A stretch of 64,000 nt of DNA. It comes from a candidate division WOR-3 bacterium (GTDB lineage: Bacteria > Hydrothermota > 32-111). Below the pieces are notes generated by a model. That model saw nothing but the letters and a program-made list of their open reading frames with translations, did not search any database and had not been told where the DNA came from. The stretch covers positions 864,001 through 928,000 of the forward strand of contig JBDRZU010000001.1 of NCBI GenBank assembly GCA_039804105.1, read 5' to 3'. The translations under genes were made by a program, and so were the position numbers. Below are positions 30,599-42,000 of this stretch, piece after piece; position 1 is the stretch's first letter; each line of letters opens with the position of its first letter.

Positions 30599-32326
30599 TT
30601 ATTTTTTCTTTCTAAAACTTTTTAAGAATGATGCTTTGTTATCAACTTCTTGAACATTCGAAAGGATCTCTTCCATGGATGCTGTTTGTTGTTCAATCGA
30701 TGCTGCTATCTCCTCAGTGTTCGCAGATGTTTTCTCTGAAAGTTCTGCTATGTTTGAAATTTTTTCTATATATTTGTTTATAAGTTCCATCTGCTCTTCT
30801 GAAGAATAGTATATTTCTTTGATCATGTTGACCGTAAGAGTTATCGCTTTAGAAATCTGTTGGAATTCATTCTTTGTGTCATCCATCAATTTTTTTCCTT
30901 CAGAAACATTGTTATGCTGATTTTTAATCAGTTCGGCAGTACTTTTGATGTCATCTTTAATTTCATCTATTAGACGGGATATTCTCTCCGTTGAATTCGC
31001 GGATTGCTCAGCAAGTTCCCTTATCTCTTCAGCGACAACAGCAAAGCCTTTTCCATACTCTCCAACCCTTGCTGCTTCTATAGCCGCATTTAAAGCGAGT
31101 AGATCTGTCTGTTCTGAAATTTTCGTAATTATTTCCACTATTTCATTGATCTGTTCTGATCGGTTTTGTAAGAACTCTATTTTTTCAAGCGCTTTGTTGA
31201 CATTCAAAACTATAAAATCGAAATTTGTCATCGTTTTATCAACTTTATCAAGACCAAGAGTTGTTGCATCGTTTGCCTTTTTTGAGGCCGTCTGCGCCAT
31301 ATTTATTTTTGATGAAACACTTTCAGATAAAGTTTTTATTTTCAATGCATCATTTTTTGCTATTTTTGTATTATTTGATTGCTCCTCCATATCATGCGCA
31401 ATTTCTTGAACAGTTGAGGAAATTTCTTGTGAAGAGGCAGTAATCTCTTCTCCTGTTGCTGCAAGCTGACTTGTTATCGTTGAAAGTTCATCGGCAATAT
31501 TCAGTAATGTTTGAATAAACTTTTCATACCTTTTTAAACTCTTGTTCAACTCTGATACAAGATCCCCGATTTCATCGTTCACATATATTGAAATGTTTTC
31601 ACCAGATTCGCCCTCTTCGGAAAACAATTTTTTTATTGACTCCTTTACATTTGTTATTGGATGAACTATCGACATCAATAAAATCCAGGAAAGAAGAAAA
31701 CTAAGAACCAAAAGAATAGTATAAAGTATTATATTATGTTTGATTACAAAACTTATAAAAATTATGAATATCAAAAGAAAATTAACTGTTATAAAAAATC
31801 TCAATCCTATTGGTATTCTTTTTAAATATTTTTTTATCTTATCAAAATCATCGGGCGAAAGTTTATATTCAGATAATTTTTTTGAAAACACAAGTATTGA
31901 AAGTTGCATATTCACAAGACCCATAAAAATTGCTATAAGAAATCCATCCGTGAAACCGATTATAATAGATTTAATAGGTGAATTCGTGAAAAAAAGAATA
32001 ACTGATACAATCAAAGAACCTGAAAAAAAATGTAAAAACATATGTATCGATGAGGCAAATGGAGAATTGATCATGAATATATATTCTTTCAATTCCTTTT
32101 TTTCTATATCTCCATTATTTATCGTTAACCTGTATCTGATCCTTTGTACGATTTCATATTCTATGGCAAGTATTAAACCTAAAATTCCACCAAGGTATAA
32201 AATGATATTTCTTTGAACCTGAGTGAATTCAACCGACTGTGGAACCATTATAACAAGTAATGGAACACCTATAAGTAGTGCTGGAAGATTTGTTGAAAGG
32301 GTAAACACATTTAATAATTTTTTCAT
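30599..32326 (-). CDS. Methyl-accepting chemotaxis protein with multi-TM N-terminus and HAMP domain
   Basis: [40 protein letters not shown] hairpin; DEIGDL HAMP motif; about 6 hydrophobic segments. Confidence 0.95.
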   Translation of the reverse strand: MKKLLNVFTLSTNLPALLIGVPLLVIMVPQSVEFTQVQRNIILYLGGILGLILAIEYEIVQRIRYRLTINNGDIEKKELKEYIFMINSPFASSIHMFLHFFSGSLIVSVILFFTNSPIKSIIIGFTDGFLIAIFMGLVNMQLSILVFSKKLSEYKLSPDDFDKIKKYLKRIPIGLRFFITVNFLLIFIIFISFVIKHNIILYTILLVLSFLLSWILLMSIVHPITNVKESIKKLFSEEGESGENISIYVNDEIGDLVSELNKSLKRYEKFIQTLLNIADELSTITSQLAATGEEITASSQEISSTVQEIAHDMEEQSNNTKIAKNDALKIKTLSESVSSKINMAQTASKKANDATTLGLDKVDKTMTNFDFIVLNVNKALEKIEFLQNRSEQINEIVEIITKISEQTDLLALNAAIEAARVGEYGKGFAVVAEEIRELAEQSANSTERISRLIDEIKDDIKSTAELIKNQHNNVSEGKKLMDDTKNEFQQISKAITLTVNMIKEIYYSSEEQMELINKYIEKISNIAELSEKTSANTEEIAASIEQQTASMEEILSNVQEVDNKASFLKSFRKKK

Positions 32327-32338
32327 ATTTTATTATTT

Positions 32339-32366
32339 ATCTTAACATAATTTTTTTTCAAGTCAA
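32339..32366 (-). promoter_or_regulatory. Sigma70-type promoter for the MCP gene
   Basis: TTGACT(32366-32361)-16 nt-TAAGAT(32344-32339), with an extended -10 TG. Confidence 0.6.
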
Positions 32367-32371
32367 TATAT

Positions 32372-34402
32372 TCAAAATGTAGTTGAAGAATTTATTGATA
32401 AAGATCCATAATAACTATTAGTCAATAAATCCAGATGAAAACATGGATAAAAATTCAAACTGATAAATTTAAATTTCAACCTCAGATCTGGAGAAAAAGA
32501 TAGACACATTTTCTTTAAACCACCAAAATCTTTTTTCAAAAAGATTTGAGTAAATAATCCCATAGAGAATCTATTTTTAGAACTTAAATACCCAAAATAT
32601 AAACCATATTTTTCATCTATAATCCTCTCTATTTTTTCATCGGTTATCAATGTTTTAAAACTCGCAGATGTTCTAAAAGTATTTTTATAAGTTGAAGAAA
32701 ATAAAAAATTATACTCTGTCGAAAGATTTTTTTCTTCTTCAGAAAATTTATAGTTTGTTTGATTTATAAAAAATTTTCCTGAAAGATCAAATTCATTTAA
32801 TTTTGTATCATAGAATGTTCCGGTTGTTATTTTTAAGATAAAATTTTTATTATTTTCAAAATTTTCTCTTGAAAAGATATTGTTTGTGATAGAAAAAAAC
32901 AAAGATGGGAGATTTTTGTTTGAATATATAAGATTCAAATTTGTAAAGAGATCATTACGAGTTGAGTTAAAAAATAAAATTTTATTCTGCTCATCGTTTT
33001 TAACAACAAGATCTCCTGCTAAAACAAGATCTTTTGTTATGAATATTTGATTTTTGAAAAGAAATCTAATGTAGTCGTGATAAAACAAATTAGGATCATA
33101 GTGTGAAATTGTCATCAAATATGTTAGAGCATAATATTTTTTTAAATCAATTTCAATTCCAACTTTATGTGAAAATTTGTTTAAATTCACTATACCATTA
33201 AAAAAATCGTTTCCTAAAAAGACAAATGGAGATGAAATGTTAAAGAATAGTTTTCCTTTTTTGTTGAGATATAGATTGTTTTTTAATTTGAAGTTTATAT
33301 AAAACAGAGAATCCTTTAACACCATATTTTCAAATCCAAAGCCATAGAACTTAAATTTTTTATCAAAAGTTATACTGGAGAAAATTTTCTTAGAATCCAT
33401 TATTTCCCCGATAATATTTGAGAGACAAGTTAAAGAATCTTGATAGGAAAAGGAAAATCCTTTTAAAGGTATCAAACCATAATTCGAAAAACTATCATAA
33501 TAATAGAGATCAAGTAAATTCAAATTAACTTTTTTGAAATTGAGATGAATGTTTATTTTATTTTTATTCCAAAAATTTTCTCCCCAGAATATACTATTTT
33601 GTATTTTAAAATTGTATAAAAAATTACTAACGTTTCCGTAAAAATAAATCAAGTATGAGTTAAAAAAATTATTCAAAATATTTGGTTCATATCTAAAGTT
33701 ATACGACATTTCTCCATTAAAAAGGTTTTTAAAGAAATCTTTATTTGAAATATTAAAATAATAAGTTTTGGCCAGTTTTCCTTCCTTTACAAGATCTATC
33801 CTGTATCTTGATGGTTTTAAAAGTTTTTCTGGTGCATAGGTTAATATTTTTTCTCCAATTAAACATTTTTTTGTTATATCCTCTCCATCCATTACTATTT
33901 TTACATCTTTTGTTCCCTCAGGTATATAAACTGAAAATGTAAAATTATCAGGATCAATTTTTCTTTCATTTTCAGGTAACAATAAAATGATTTCCTTTTT
34001 TAACTCTTTTTCTTTTACAAACTTTACCATATTGTTCGTTCTTTCCTGTATCATCTCTGGTAAATATTCTAAGTTATTATCTTTTGTTAAAATTTCAAAA
34101 TAGTAATAGAAATCTTTTTTCGGTAACGAATCAAAAAGTATTGAAACAAAAGCTTTATTTCCATCAAAATTCATTTTAAATCTTTTTTCAACATTAAAAT
34201 CCGAAAGAATAATATATATTTCTTTAATTCTATAGGGATCCTCTTTAAAAATTAAAAAAATCGTAAAATTTTCTCCCTTATAAAGTTCATCTATTTTTGA
34301 GTAATCTGCTACAAATCCGGAAGAAATTTTTAAACATAAAAAAACAAAAATAACAATTAAAAAAAATTTTTTAATTTTCAATATGAACATAAATCGTATC
34401 AT
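32372..34402 (-). CDS. Hypothetical outer-membrane protein: two Ig-like domains plus probable beta-barrel
   Basis: Signal-like N-terminus; YYYFEI...YLP and MDGEDIT...TYAP Ig-like motifs; aromatic alternating strands; terminal Phe. Confidence 0.55.
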   Translation of the reverse strand: MIRFMFILKIKKFFLIVIFVFLCLKISSGFVADYSKIDELYKGENFTIFLIFKEDPYRIKEIYIILSDFNVEKRFKMNFDGNKAFVSILFDSLPKKDFYYYFEILTKDNNLEYLPEMIQERTNNMVKFVKEKELKKEIILLLPENERKIDPDNFTFSVYIPEGTKDVKIVMDGEDITKKCLIGEKILTYAPEKLLKPSRYRIDLVKEGKLAKTYYFNISNKDFFKNLFNGEMSYNFRYEPNILNNFFNSYLIYFYGNVSNFLYNFKIQNSIFWGENFWNKNKINIHLNFKKVNLNLLDLYYYDSFSNYGLIPLKGFSFSYQDSLTCLSNIIGEIMDSKKIFSSITFDKKFKFYGFGFENMVLKDSLFYINFKLKNNLYLNKKGKLFFNISSPFVFLGNDFFNGIVNLNKFSHKVGIEIDLKKYYALTYLMTISHYDPNLFYHDYIRFLFKNQIFITKDLVLAGDLVVKNDEQNKILFFNSTRNDLFTNLNLIYSNKNLPSLFFSITNNIFSRENFENNKNFILKITTGTFYDTKLNEFDLSGKFFINQTNYKFSEEEKNLSTEYNFLFSSTYKNTFRTSASFKTLITDEKIERIIDEKYGLYFGYLSSKNRFSMGLFTQIFLKKDFGGLKKMCLSFSPDLRLKFKFISLNFYPCFHLDLLTNSYYGSLSINSSTTF

Positions 34403-35015
34403 TTTTGTAGTTTTCTAACTCTATTTCTATAATATTATTACCACTATAGGTTTTTGGTTTAGAAATTTCTTTTTTTGATTGAACTTTATAGGGGTTTTCC
34501 CCTTTTTTTATAATTATCTGTTCATTTTTTGATCCATTTATTTTACCATACTCATTTTCAACTTCTAAATTTTTACAATAAATTATAAAAATTTTTGCTA
34601 GGGAATCCGTTAAATCAATTAAAAACATTGAACTATCTGAAAAAACAAATGTATCAAAAATTTTTAGCTGAACATCTTTTTGAAAGGTTTTAATGAAAAA
34701 GTTTCCATAGTTAAGATTTAACCTGAAAACAATTTGATCAGATATTTCAAAAATATTTGTAGAAAATTCACTCTTTCCAAAAACAGATATCTCACTTTTT
34801 CCATCAATTAAAACAACATCCAACAATGAAAATCTATCAAGCGATACATTAAAACTATCTTTTACAATATCCCCTTTCTTTAATGGTTCTTTTTCCTCTT
34901 CTTCAATCTGAAAGACAAAACCTTTTGAATTTTTAACAACTCCTATCTCCTTTGAAAATATAAAAAAAGCCAATAATGTTAAAATCAAAAAAACTATTAT
35001 CTTTTTGTTTTCCAT
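34371..35015 (-). CDS. FecR-like beta-domain secreted protein
   Basis: Signal peptide; IGVVKNSKG-x-V...LKKGD...LIDG-x-SEI...LNYGN pattern. Confidence 0.55.
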   Translation of the reverse strand: MENKKIIVFLILTLLAFFIFSKEIGVVKNSKGFVFQIEEEEKEPLKKGDIVKDSFNVSLDRFSLLDVVLIDGKSEISVFGKSEFSTNIFEISDQIVFRLNLNYGNFFIKTFQKDVQLKIFDTFVFSDSSMFLIDLTDSLAKIFIIYCKNLEVENEYGKINGSKNEQIIIKKGENPYKVQSKKEISKPKTYSGNNIIEIELENYKNDTIYVHIEN

Positions 35016-35539
35016 CTCATACTTTTAACATCATACAAATTTAAATCTTTTATTTCCATTTCGATTCCATTTACCCATACTCTTCCAGTTGGTTGAAAAC
35101 CCCCAATCTCAAAAAATTTAAAAATTATAGAAAGGTAATCATCCTTACTCTGATTTATTTTACTTGGTATATTAACATCACCAGTATTGAAAAAAAGAAT
35201 ATTACTCCTTTCTAAAATACCATTCTCATAACTTTCAAGATACCATGCAAAAGACTTTTTGGTTGGTAAATAGAAGAAAGTATCAAGAACAATGTAACTT
35301 TTGTTTGATACATCAATCTTTAAAAATGGTTTTGAATTTATCAAAACATCTTTTCCAAAATCATAAAAATCTGTTACATCTTTTATTATAAGAGAACATG
35401 AAGAAGATGAATTAAAAATGAAAATATGACTAAAAGGTTCACTCTTCTCTTCAGACCCAGGATAAAAAACTGTTAAATCCCCATAAATCAAATTTGTTAA
35501 AATAAAAAAGATAAATAAAAAAATTTTTTTTCTACTCAT
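34997..35539 (-). CDS. Hypothetical secreted protein
   Basis: Signal peptide; overlaps both neighbours. Confidence 0.6.
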   Translation of the reverse strand: MSRKKIFLFIFFILTNLIYGDLTVFYPGSEEKSEPFSHIFIFNSSSSCSLIIKDVTDFYDFGKDVLINSKPFLKIDVSNKSYIVLDTFFYLPTKKSFAWYLESYENGILERSNILFFNTGDVNIPSKINQSKDDYLSIIFKFFEIGGFQPTGRVWVNGIEMEIKDLNLYDVKSMRWKTKR

Positions 35540-36062
35540 TTAAAAGGGACATAAATATTAGATCAACATATTTCCCATCTTTGAACGAATGTTTCTTAAA
35601 AACTCCTTCCCGTTTAAATCCCAAATTTTTATACATTTTTATAGCGTTTTTATTAAAATCATAAACCTCAAGACAAATTTTATGTAGTTGTAGATTTTTA
35701 AAACCATAATCAACGAGTAGTTTTGTCGACTCTGTTCCATATCCTCTATTCTGAAAATTTTTATCAATAGCTATCGCAAGCATTGCTCTCCTGTTTGGCC
35801 AATTAAAATCGGATAAACTTATCAATCCAACAATATCAAAATTTTCTTTTTCAACAATTTTAAAAAAAATTCCTTTTTTTTCTTTATTTAAAGAAATTAA
35901 CTCTTTTAACATCATTCTGTTTCTTGGGAATCTTTCAGCAAGATTTTTTCTTACATCAGGATCGTTCAAAATTTTTTGAATGGTAAAAAGGTCATCCTCT
36001 TCAATTGGAGAGAGTATGACCTTTTTACCTTCTAAAAAGATTACTGGTTTTTCTTTTTTCAT
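35532..36062 (-). CDS. GNAT N-acetyltransferase (RimJ/RimL/SpeG-like)
   Basis: FQNRGYGTE, LQLHKI-x-LEV and NKNAIKMYKNLGFKREG motifs. Confidence 0.92.
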   Translation of the reverse strand: MKKEKPVIFLEGKKVILSPIEEDDLFTIQKILNDPDVRKNLAERFPRNRMMLKELISLNKEKKGIFFKIVEKENFDIVGLISLSDFNWPNRRAMLAIAIDKNFQNRGYGTESTKLLVDYGFKNLQLHKICLEVYDFNKNAIKMYKNLGFKREGVFKKHSFKDGKYVDLIFMSLLNE

Positions 36063-36063
36063 A

Positions 36064-39000
36064 TCATCTCAAATTCAACATTTTAACATTTTTTTCATAA
36101 ATAGTTTTATCATCTTTGCTTGATACTACCTTTATGAAGTAGATTCCCTTGCTGTTGAGATAATTTTCAAGTTCAAATCTATGAACTCCCGAATTTATTT
36201 TTCCATCATAAACTTTTCCAACACTTCTTCCAGTAAGATCAAAAATTTCTATCCGAGAATAGCAATCCTCTGGAATTTCCACAAACAAAATTTTCTCGTT
36301 CACACTGTTATTCAGTTTTGTGTTGAAATATTTAATGGTTTTATTTTTCAACACAGAAATGTTATCTATGTTTGAATATGAAACTATAGAGAAGAGATCA
36401 GAGTAATAATAGATTGAACTGTTTGAACTTGATGTCAATTTAAGCATACAACTATCAGAGTACATACCTGATGGAACAGTCCATTCATAGTTTCCACTAT
36501 TGTTCTGATTTGCAATAATCTGAATCCAGGAAACACCCTTATCATAAGAGATTTCAAGATTGTACTGTAAAATTGTTCCAAGTGTTGTCCATGTAAAATA
36601 GTATTTTTTTGTTGTTTCAAATATATTTCCCAGAACAGGAGAAGTGAACTTTACGATGGGTTTTGAAATAACAAAAGTATCAGATATTCCATGAATCGTT
36701 GATTGAGAGGAATTGGATATTTTTATTAAAGCCATATCTGATACAGCTATATCAGGTATTGTCCATTCATAATAACCTGTATTTGAAACACCCGTTGCTA
36801 TTGATCTCCACTGCAAACCAAGATCTGTTGAATAGAAAATATCACAGTTTGTAAATGCACCCGAGTTTCTCCATGTAATATAATATTTTCTTCCTGCTAT
36901 CATCGTATCAGAAGAACTTGGGGATGTTACTATTATATTTTGTGGTAAAATCGTAAACCTTTCTGATATACCATAAACATTGTTGTTATTACTATTCAAA
37001 ACTTTTATCAGACAGTTATCCGAATCTTCGGTTGGAACAATCCATTCATAATAACCTGTATTTGAAACACCTGTTGCAACATACGTCCATGTCGCTCCAT
37101 TATCCTTTGAATACTGTATATCAACATTTGAGATGGTTCCAGTATATTTCCATGTAATAAAATATTTATTCCCTGAAACATATTCGTCTGTCATTTTTGG
37201 TGAGAGAACTTCAATCGTTTGTAACGGGATAGAGAATTTGGAGCTTGTTCCATAAACACTTGTATTATCATAGTTCGATACTTTTACAAAGCAGTTCTCA
37301 GAAGGTGTATTCGGAATCGCCCATTCATAAGAATTTGTGTTTGAAAGGTTATCTACCACCATGTTCCAGTTGGCACCATCATTGTATGAATACTCTATTC
37401 TGACCTTTGAAATTGTTCCAATATTTGTCCACGTTATAAAATATTTCCTTCCAACTATCCATCTATCTGTAGAGGTTGGAGAGTTCACAAGAACAAGTTG
37501 TGGAACAATCGAGAACACTTCACTGTCATCATAAACCGCTTCATTGTTCGAATTTGTTATTCTTAAAAGAACAAGATTTGAATTAACATCTGGAACGGTC
37601 CATTCATAATAACCGTTGTTTGTTAAATTAGAAGCAAGAGAAATCCAGTTTGCACCATTATCTAGAGAATAATAGAGGTTAACAGTGGATATGGTACCAA
37701 CAGTTTTCCATGTTATTATATATTTTCTACTCACAAAGAATTGTGAATTTAAAGTAGGATATGTTATTTCGAGTTTTTGAGGTATAATTCTGAAATTATC
37801 AGAAAGATCAAAAACATTCAGGTTGCCAACATTACTGACTCTTATCAAACCATTAAGAGTTGATGATAAAGTTGTGGAGAGAGTCCATTCATAATACTTG
37901 TTGTTTACTGTTGAGCCTGTTATTGTATTCCAGATTGATCCACCATCGAGTGAGTATTCAAGCATTACATTATCAACTGTTCCAGTATTGTACCAAGTTA
38001 TTGGGTAAGTTTTTGATACCATCAAAGAATCGTTGAACGATGGAGAAAAGAGAAATATAGTTTGAGGTATTATAGAAAATCTTTCAGAAACATCATATAC
38101 ACTTTCCAAAGATGTATAACTGACTTTAACAAAACAACTATCGGATATGTAATTGGGAATAGTCCATTCATAATATCCAGAATTGGTATAAGATGAAACT
38201 ATCAAATTCCAACTTGTCCCATTGTCTATAGAATAATAAATGTTAACCTTATCGATAAGACCATTGTTTTTCCATGTGATAAATATTTTACTTCCAACGA
38301 TGAATGATGAATTTGGTTTAAACGATGTTATACCTATCTCAGGATATAATGCTACAATTTGATTGGAAACACCCTGAACAAGAACATTCGCTTTATTTTT
38401 CAACCTGATAAGGGTCTGCAACGAATTTGAAATCGGGAAAGGATTAAACAGATAATTTTGGTTTGATGCAACTATTGAGTTTGAAAATGTTGTCCAGTTT
38501 GAACCATTATCAAGAGAGTACTCACCAACAAGTGTATCAAGTCCACCAGTATAATCCCATGTAATATAGAAAGGTGAAAGTGATATAATAGTATCATTTA
38601 TATTTGGATATGTTATGTTTATGGATTGATCCTTTATCACAAATTGTTGAGAATACCCTTCAATAATCGGTGATTCATAACCTGTTATTTTTACAAGACA
38701 GTTTGTCGATCCAATCTCAGGAACCTTCCATTTAAAGTATTTTTGTGTAGCACTTATGGTATCTATGATCGTATAGGTTATTCCACCATTCTTTGAATAA
38801 GAAATAACAACACTATCTCCACTGCCCATATTTGAGTACCAAGTAATATAATAATATTTACCACAGAGTAAAGTATCAGATAAATTTGGTGAAACAACAG
38901 TTATCGATGGATATTTCATAGTGAAAATAGGAGAAACACCAAAGACAGAAGTATTTGAACTATTTTTTACCCTTACAAGAGAATTGGAAGAAGAGATATT

Positions 39001-42000
39001 CGGTAAAGTCCAGAGGTAATATTTTGAGTTCGTTGTTGTAGCAATCGTCTGCCATGTGGACCCACCATTTGTTGAATACTCAAGATCAACATTTGAAAAA
39101 CTACCAGTATAGTTCCATGTTATATAGTATTTCCTACCAGTTATCCATTCTGAACTTGAAAGAGGTGACATAACATTTATTGTTTGAGGAACTATTGAAA
39201 ATCTTTCACTTATTGCTGTTGATGATGTCAATCTTAAACAGGTTATCTTTATATAGCAGTTTGAACTTATAACATTTGGAACAGTCCATTCAAGATATTG
39301 AGCTGAAGATGGAATCGTGTCAATTTGCGTCCATATTGTTCCACCATCGGTTGAGTATGAAATTATAACTGAATCGTTTGATGAACCCAAAAAATCAAAT
39401 GTAATCAATGCCTTTTCTCCTACTATGTATTCATCATTTAATTTCGGCGAAGATATCGTTATGATTTTATCAGAAATTGTAAATAATTCAGATACTCCAA
39501 GAATAGAGGTATTATCTTTGTTAACTATTCGTATAAGAGTTGAATCACTCTTTACATTTGGAGTTGTCCAGATATAGTATCTGTTCGATGTAAGAGTTTT
39601 ACCAAGTGTGTTCCAGTTTACTCCATTGTTGGTAGAATACTCAACTATAGATGTATCAAAAAGTCCTTTGTAAACCCAGGTAATATTGTATTGTTTACCA
39701 GAAATCAAACTTTCACTTAAAAACGGATACTTTACAGTAATCTGTTGTGGAATTATTCTAAACATAGAGGAGACATCAAACTTTGTTGTATCATCAGTAT
39801 TTGCTACTTTTACTATAACAGAATCTGAATAGATTTGAGGTAAAGTCCAGAGATAGTTCTGTGAGTTTGCTGTAGAATTCGTGATAACATTCCAATTTTT
39901 TCCATTATCAAGAGAATAAGTTATTTTAACATTTGAAAAGTTCCCTGTATAATCCCATGTTATATAATACTTATTTCCAGCATACCATATTGTTGAACTA
40001 TCAGGATATGTAACTAAAAGGTTCTGAGGAATTATAGTAAATGTATCGGATATATCAAACACATTGCTGTTTCTTGTGAATTCAACCTTTACAAGTGCTT
40101 TATTAGAAGAATAATTTGGAACTGTCCATTTATAGGAATTGGAATTCCCTTGTTTTGCAACAAAAGTCCAGTTTGAACCACCATCTATTGAATAATATAT
40201 GTTTACAGAATCAACTCGACCAAAGTTATACCAACTTATATGGTAATCTCTTCCAGATACAAAAGTATCGTTCGACAAAGGTGAGGTTATAAAAATTTCC
40301 TGTGGCTTTATTACAAAACTCTGTGAATATGCAGTTACCTGATTATCTCCATATTTTTCTACTCTTATTACAGCGTTTGAAGTTGGTTCATTTGGAATTG
40401 TCCATGAATAGGAGAAAGTATCTGATACGAGATTTTTTATCTCTTTCCATGTTATTCCATCTGTATTATAGTATAGTTGGAATGAATCCACATAACCTTT
40501 TACTGTTCTCCAAATTATATTATGAGTTCTTCCTACATACAGAGTATCCGTATTGTCAGGGTAAACAAGATCAAGAAGTGGTTTTTTTACAAGAAGGTTA
40601 CTTACACTTAAACTCTTTTTGAAAACATTCAAAGAATCATAAAAATCGAGTCTAATAATAAAATTGTTTGAAGAAGCATTCTTTGGTATATAAAACGGGA
40701 AAAAGGTTGTATCCGCATTTTTAGTTCCATATTCGAAAAAGTTAATACCATCGGTAGAATAGTTGAGTTTTACTTTATCTTTTGGATCTGTTGCCCTCAT
40801 ATTCCAAATAACGTAATATAATTCACTAACATACATGGTATCATTTTGATTTGGGAATATAATTGTATCTATAGTATCAACAGGTAAAACAGTAATTTTG
40901 TCAGAAATGTCAAAAGTATCATTAGTTGATTTATTCAAGATTATTACTTCTATTGTATCTAGGGTATCAGAAAAAGTATCTTTAAAAAGGAATATTTCGT
41001 TAGGATTAACCGCAAAAGTTCCAAGATTAATAGTTCCTTTTTTAGCTGAATATATCTGAATTAAAAGAGAATCGTTTGGTAAAAAACCTCTCTGTGTTGT
41101 ATATACAGGGAAATAGTTATTGTAGTAAATAACATCTCCACTCACAGGTTGATTTATAACTAAAACTGGATTTTTGGCTGAAAAATTGTTATCAGATTCA
41201 TCAAAAGCATAATTGTCTCTTGTTGACATAACTTTTACTTTATAGGTATTAAAAAGATAAGTTGGCATCGACCATAAATAAGATCCTGTATTTTTTATAC
41301 TCTTTATCAAACTGTAGTTCAATCCTCCATCAAGAGAATAAAATAATGAAACAGAATCAGGTCCGCCAATCCAATCCCAATTAATTTCAAGTTTTTCACC
41401 ACGATAGAATGATTCTCCACCATTCGGTTGAACGATATCATATATTGGTCTTACTATCGAAAAAACTTTTGAAAGAGAATATACTGAATCATTCGCGGTA
41501 CTTGTAACTTTTATCCAACAACTATCACTAACATAATTTGGAACCGTAAAAATAAAACTTCCAGTATTCAGGGTTGCTGTTGAGATGAATGTACTTTGAA
41601 CAATTCCTGAAACTTTATAGTATAATTCTATGATTACACTATCAACTGTTCCAGTCCAATTCCAATAAATAGGATATTTGTTCCCAACGATCAATACAGC
41701 TGCTGAATCGGGGTTAAATATTGAAACTGATGGTTTTAAAATTGAAAAAGTATTATCACTTATATCATAAGAAAGGTTGTCAGAGGTATTTGTTACTCTA
41801 ATTATACAGTTATTTGAAACATCGTTTGGAACTTTCCATATATAATTTCCATCATTTGTTTCTGAAGATGAAATAGTTTTCCAAACTGTTCCTCCATCAG
41901 TTGAATACTCTATTTTAACATTTAAAAATTGTCCATCATTTTCCCAGTGAATTGGAGTATATTCTCCAACAGTAAGATTTTCAGAACCATTTGGAGTCAA

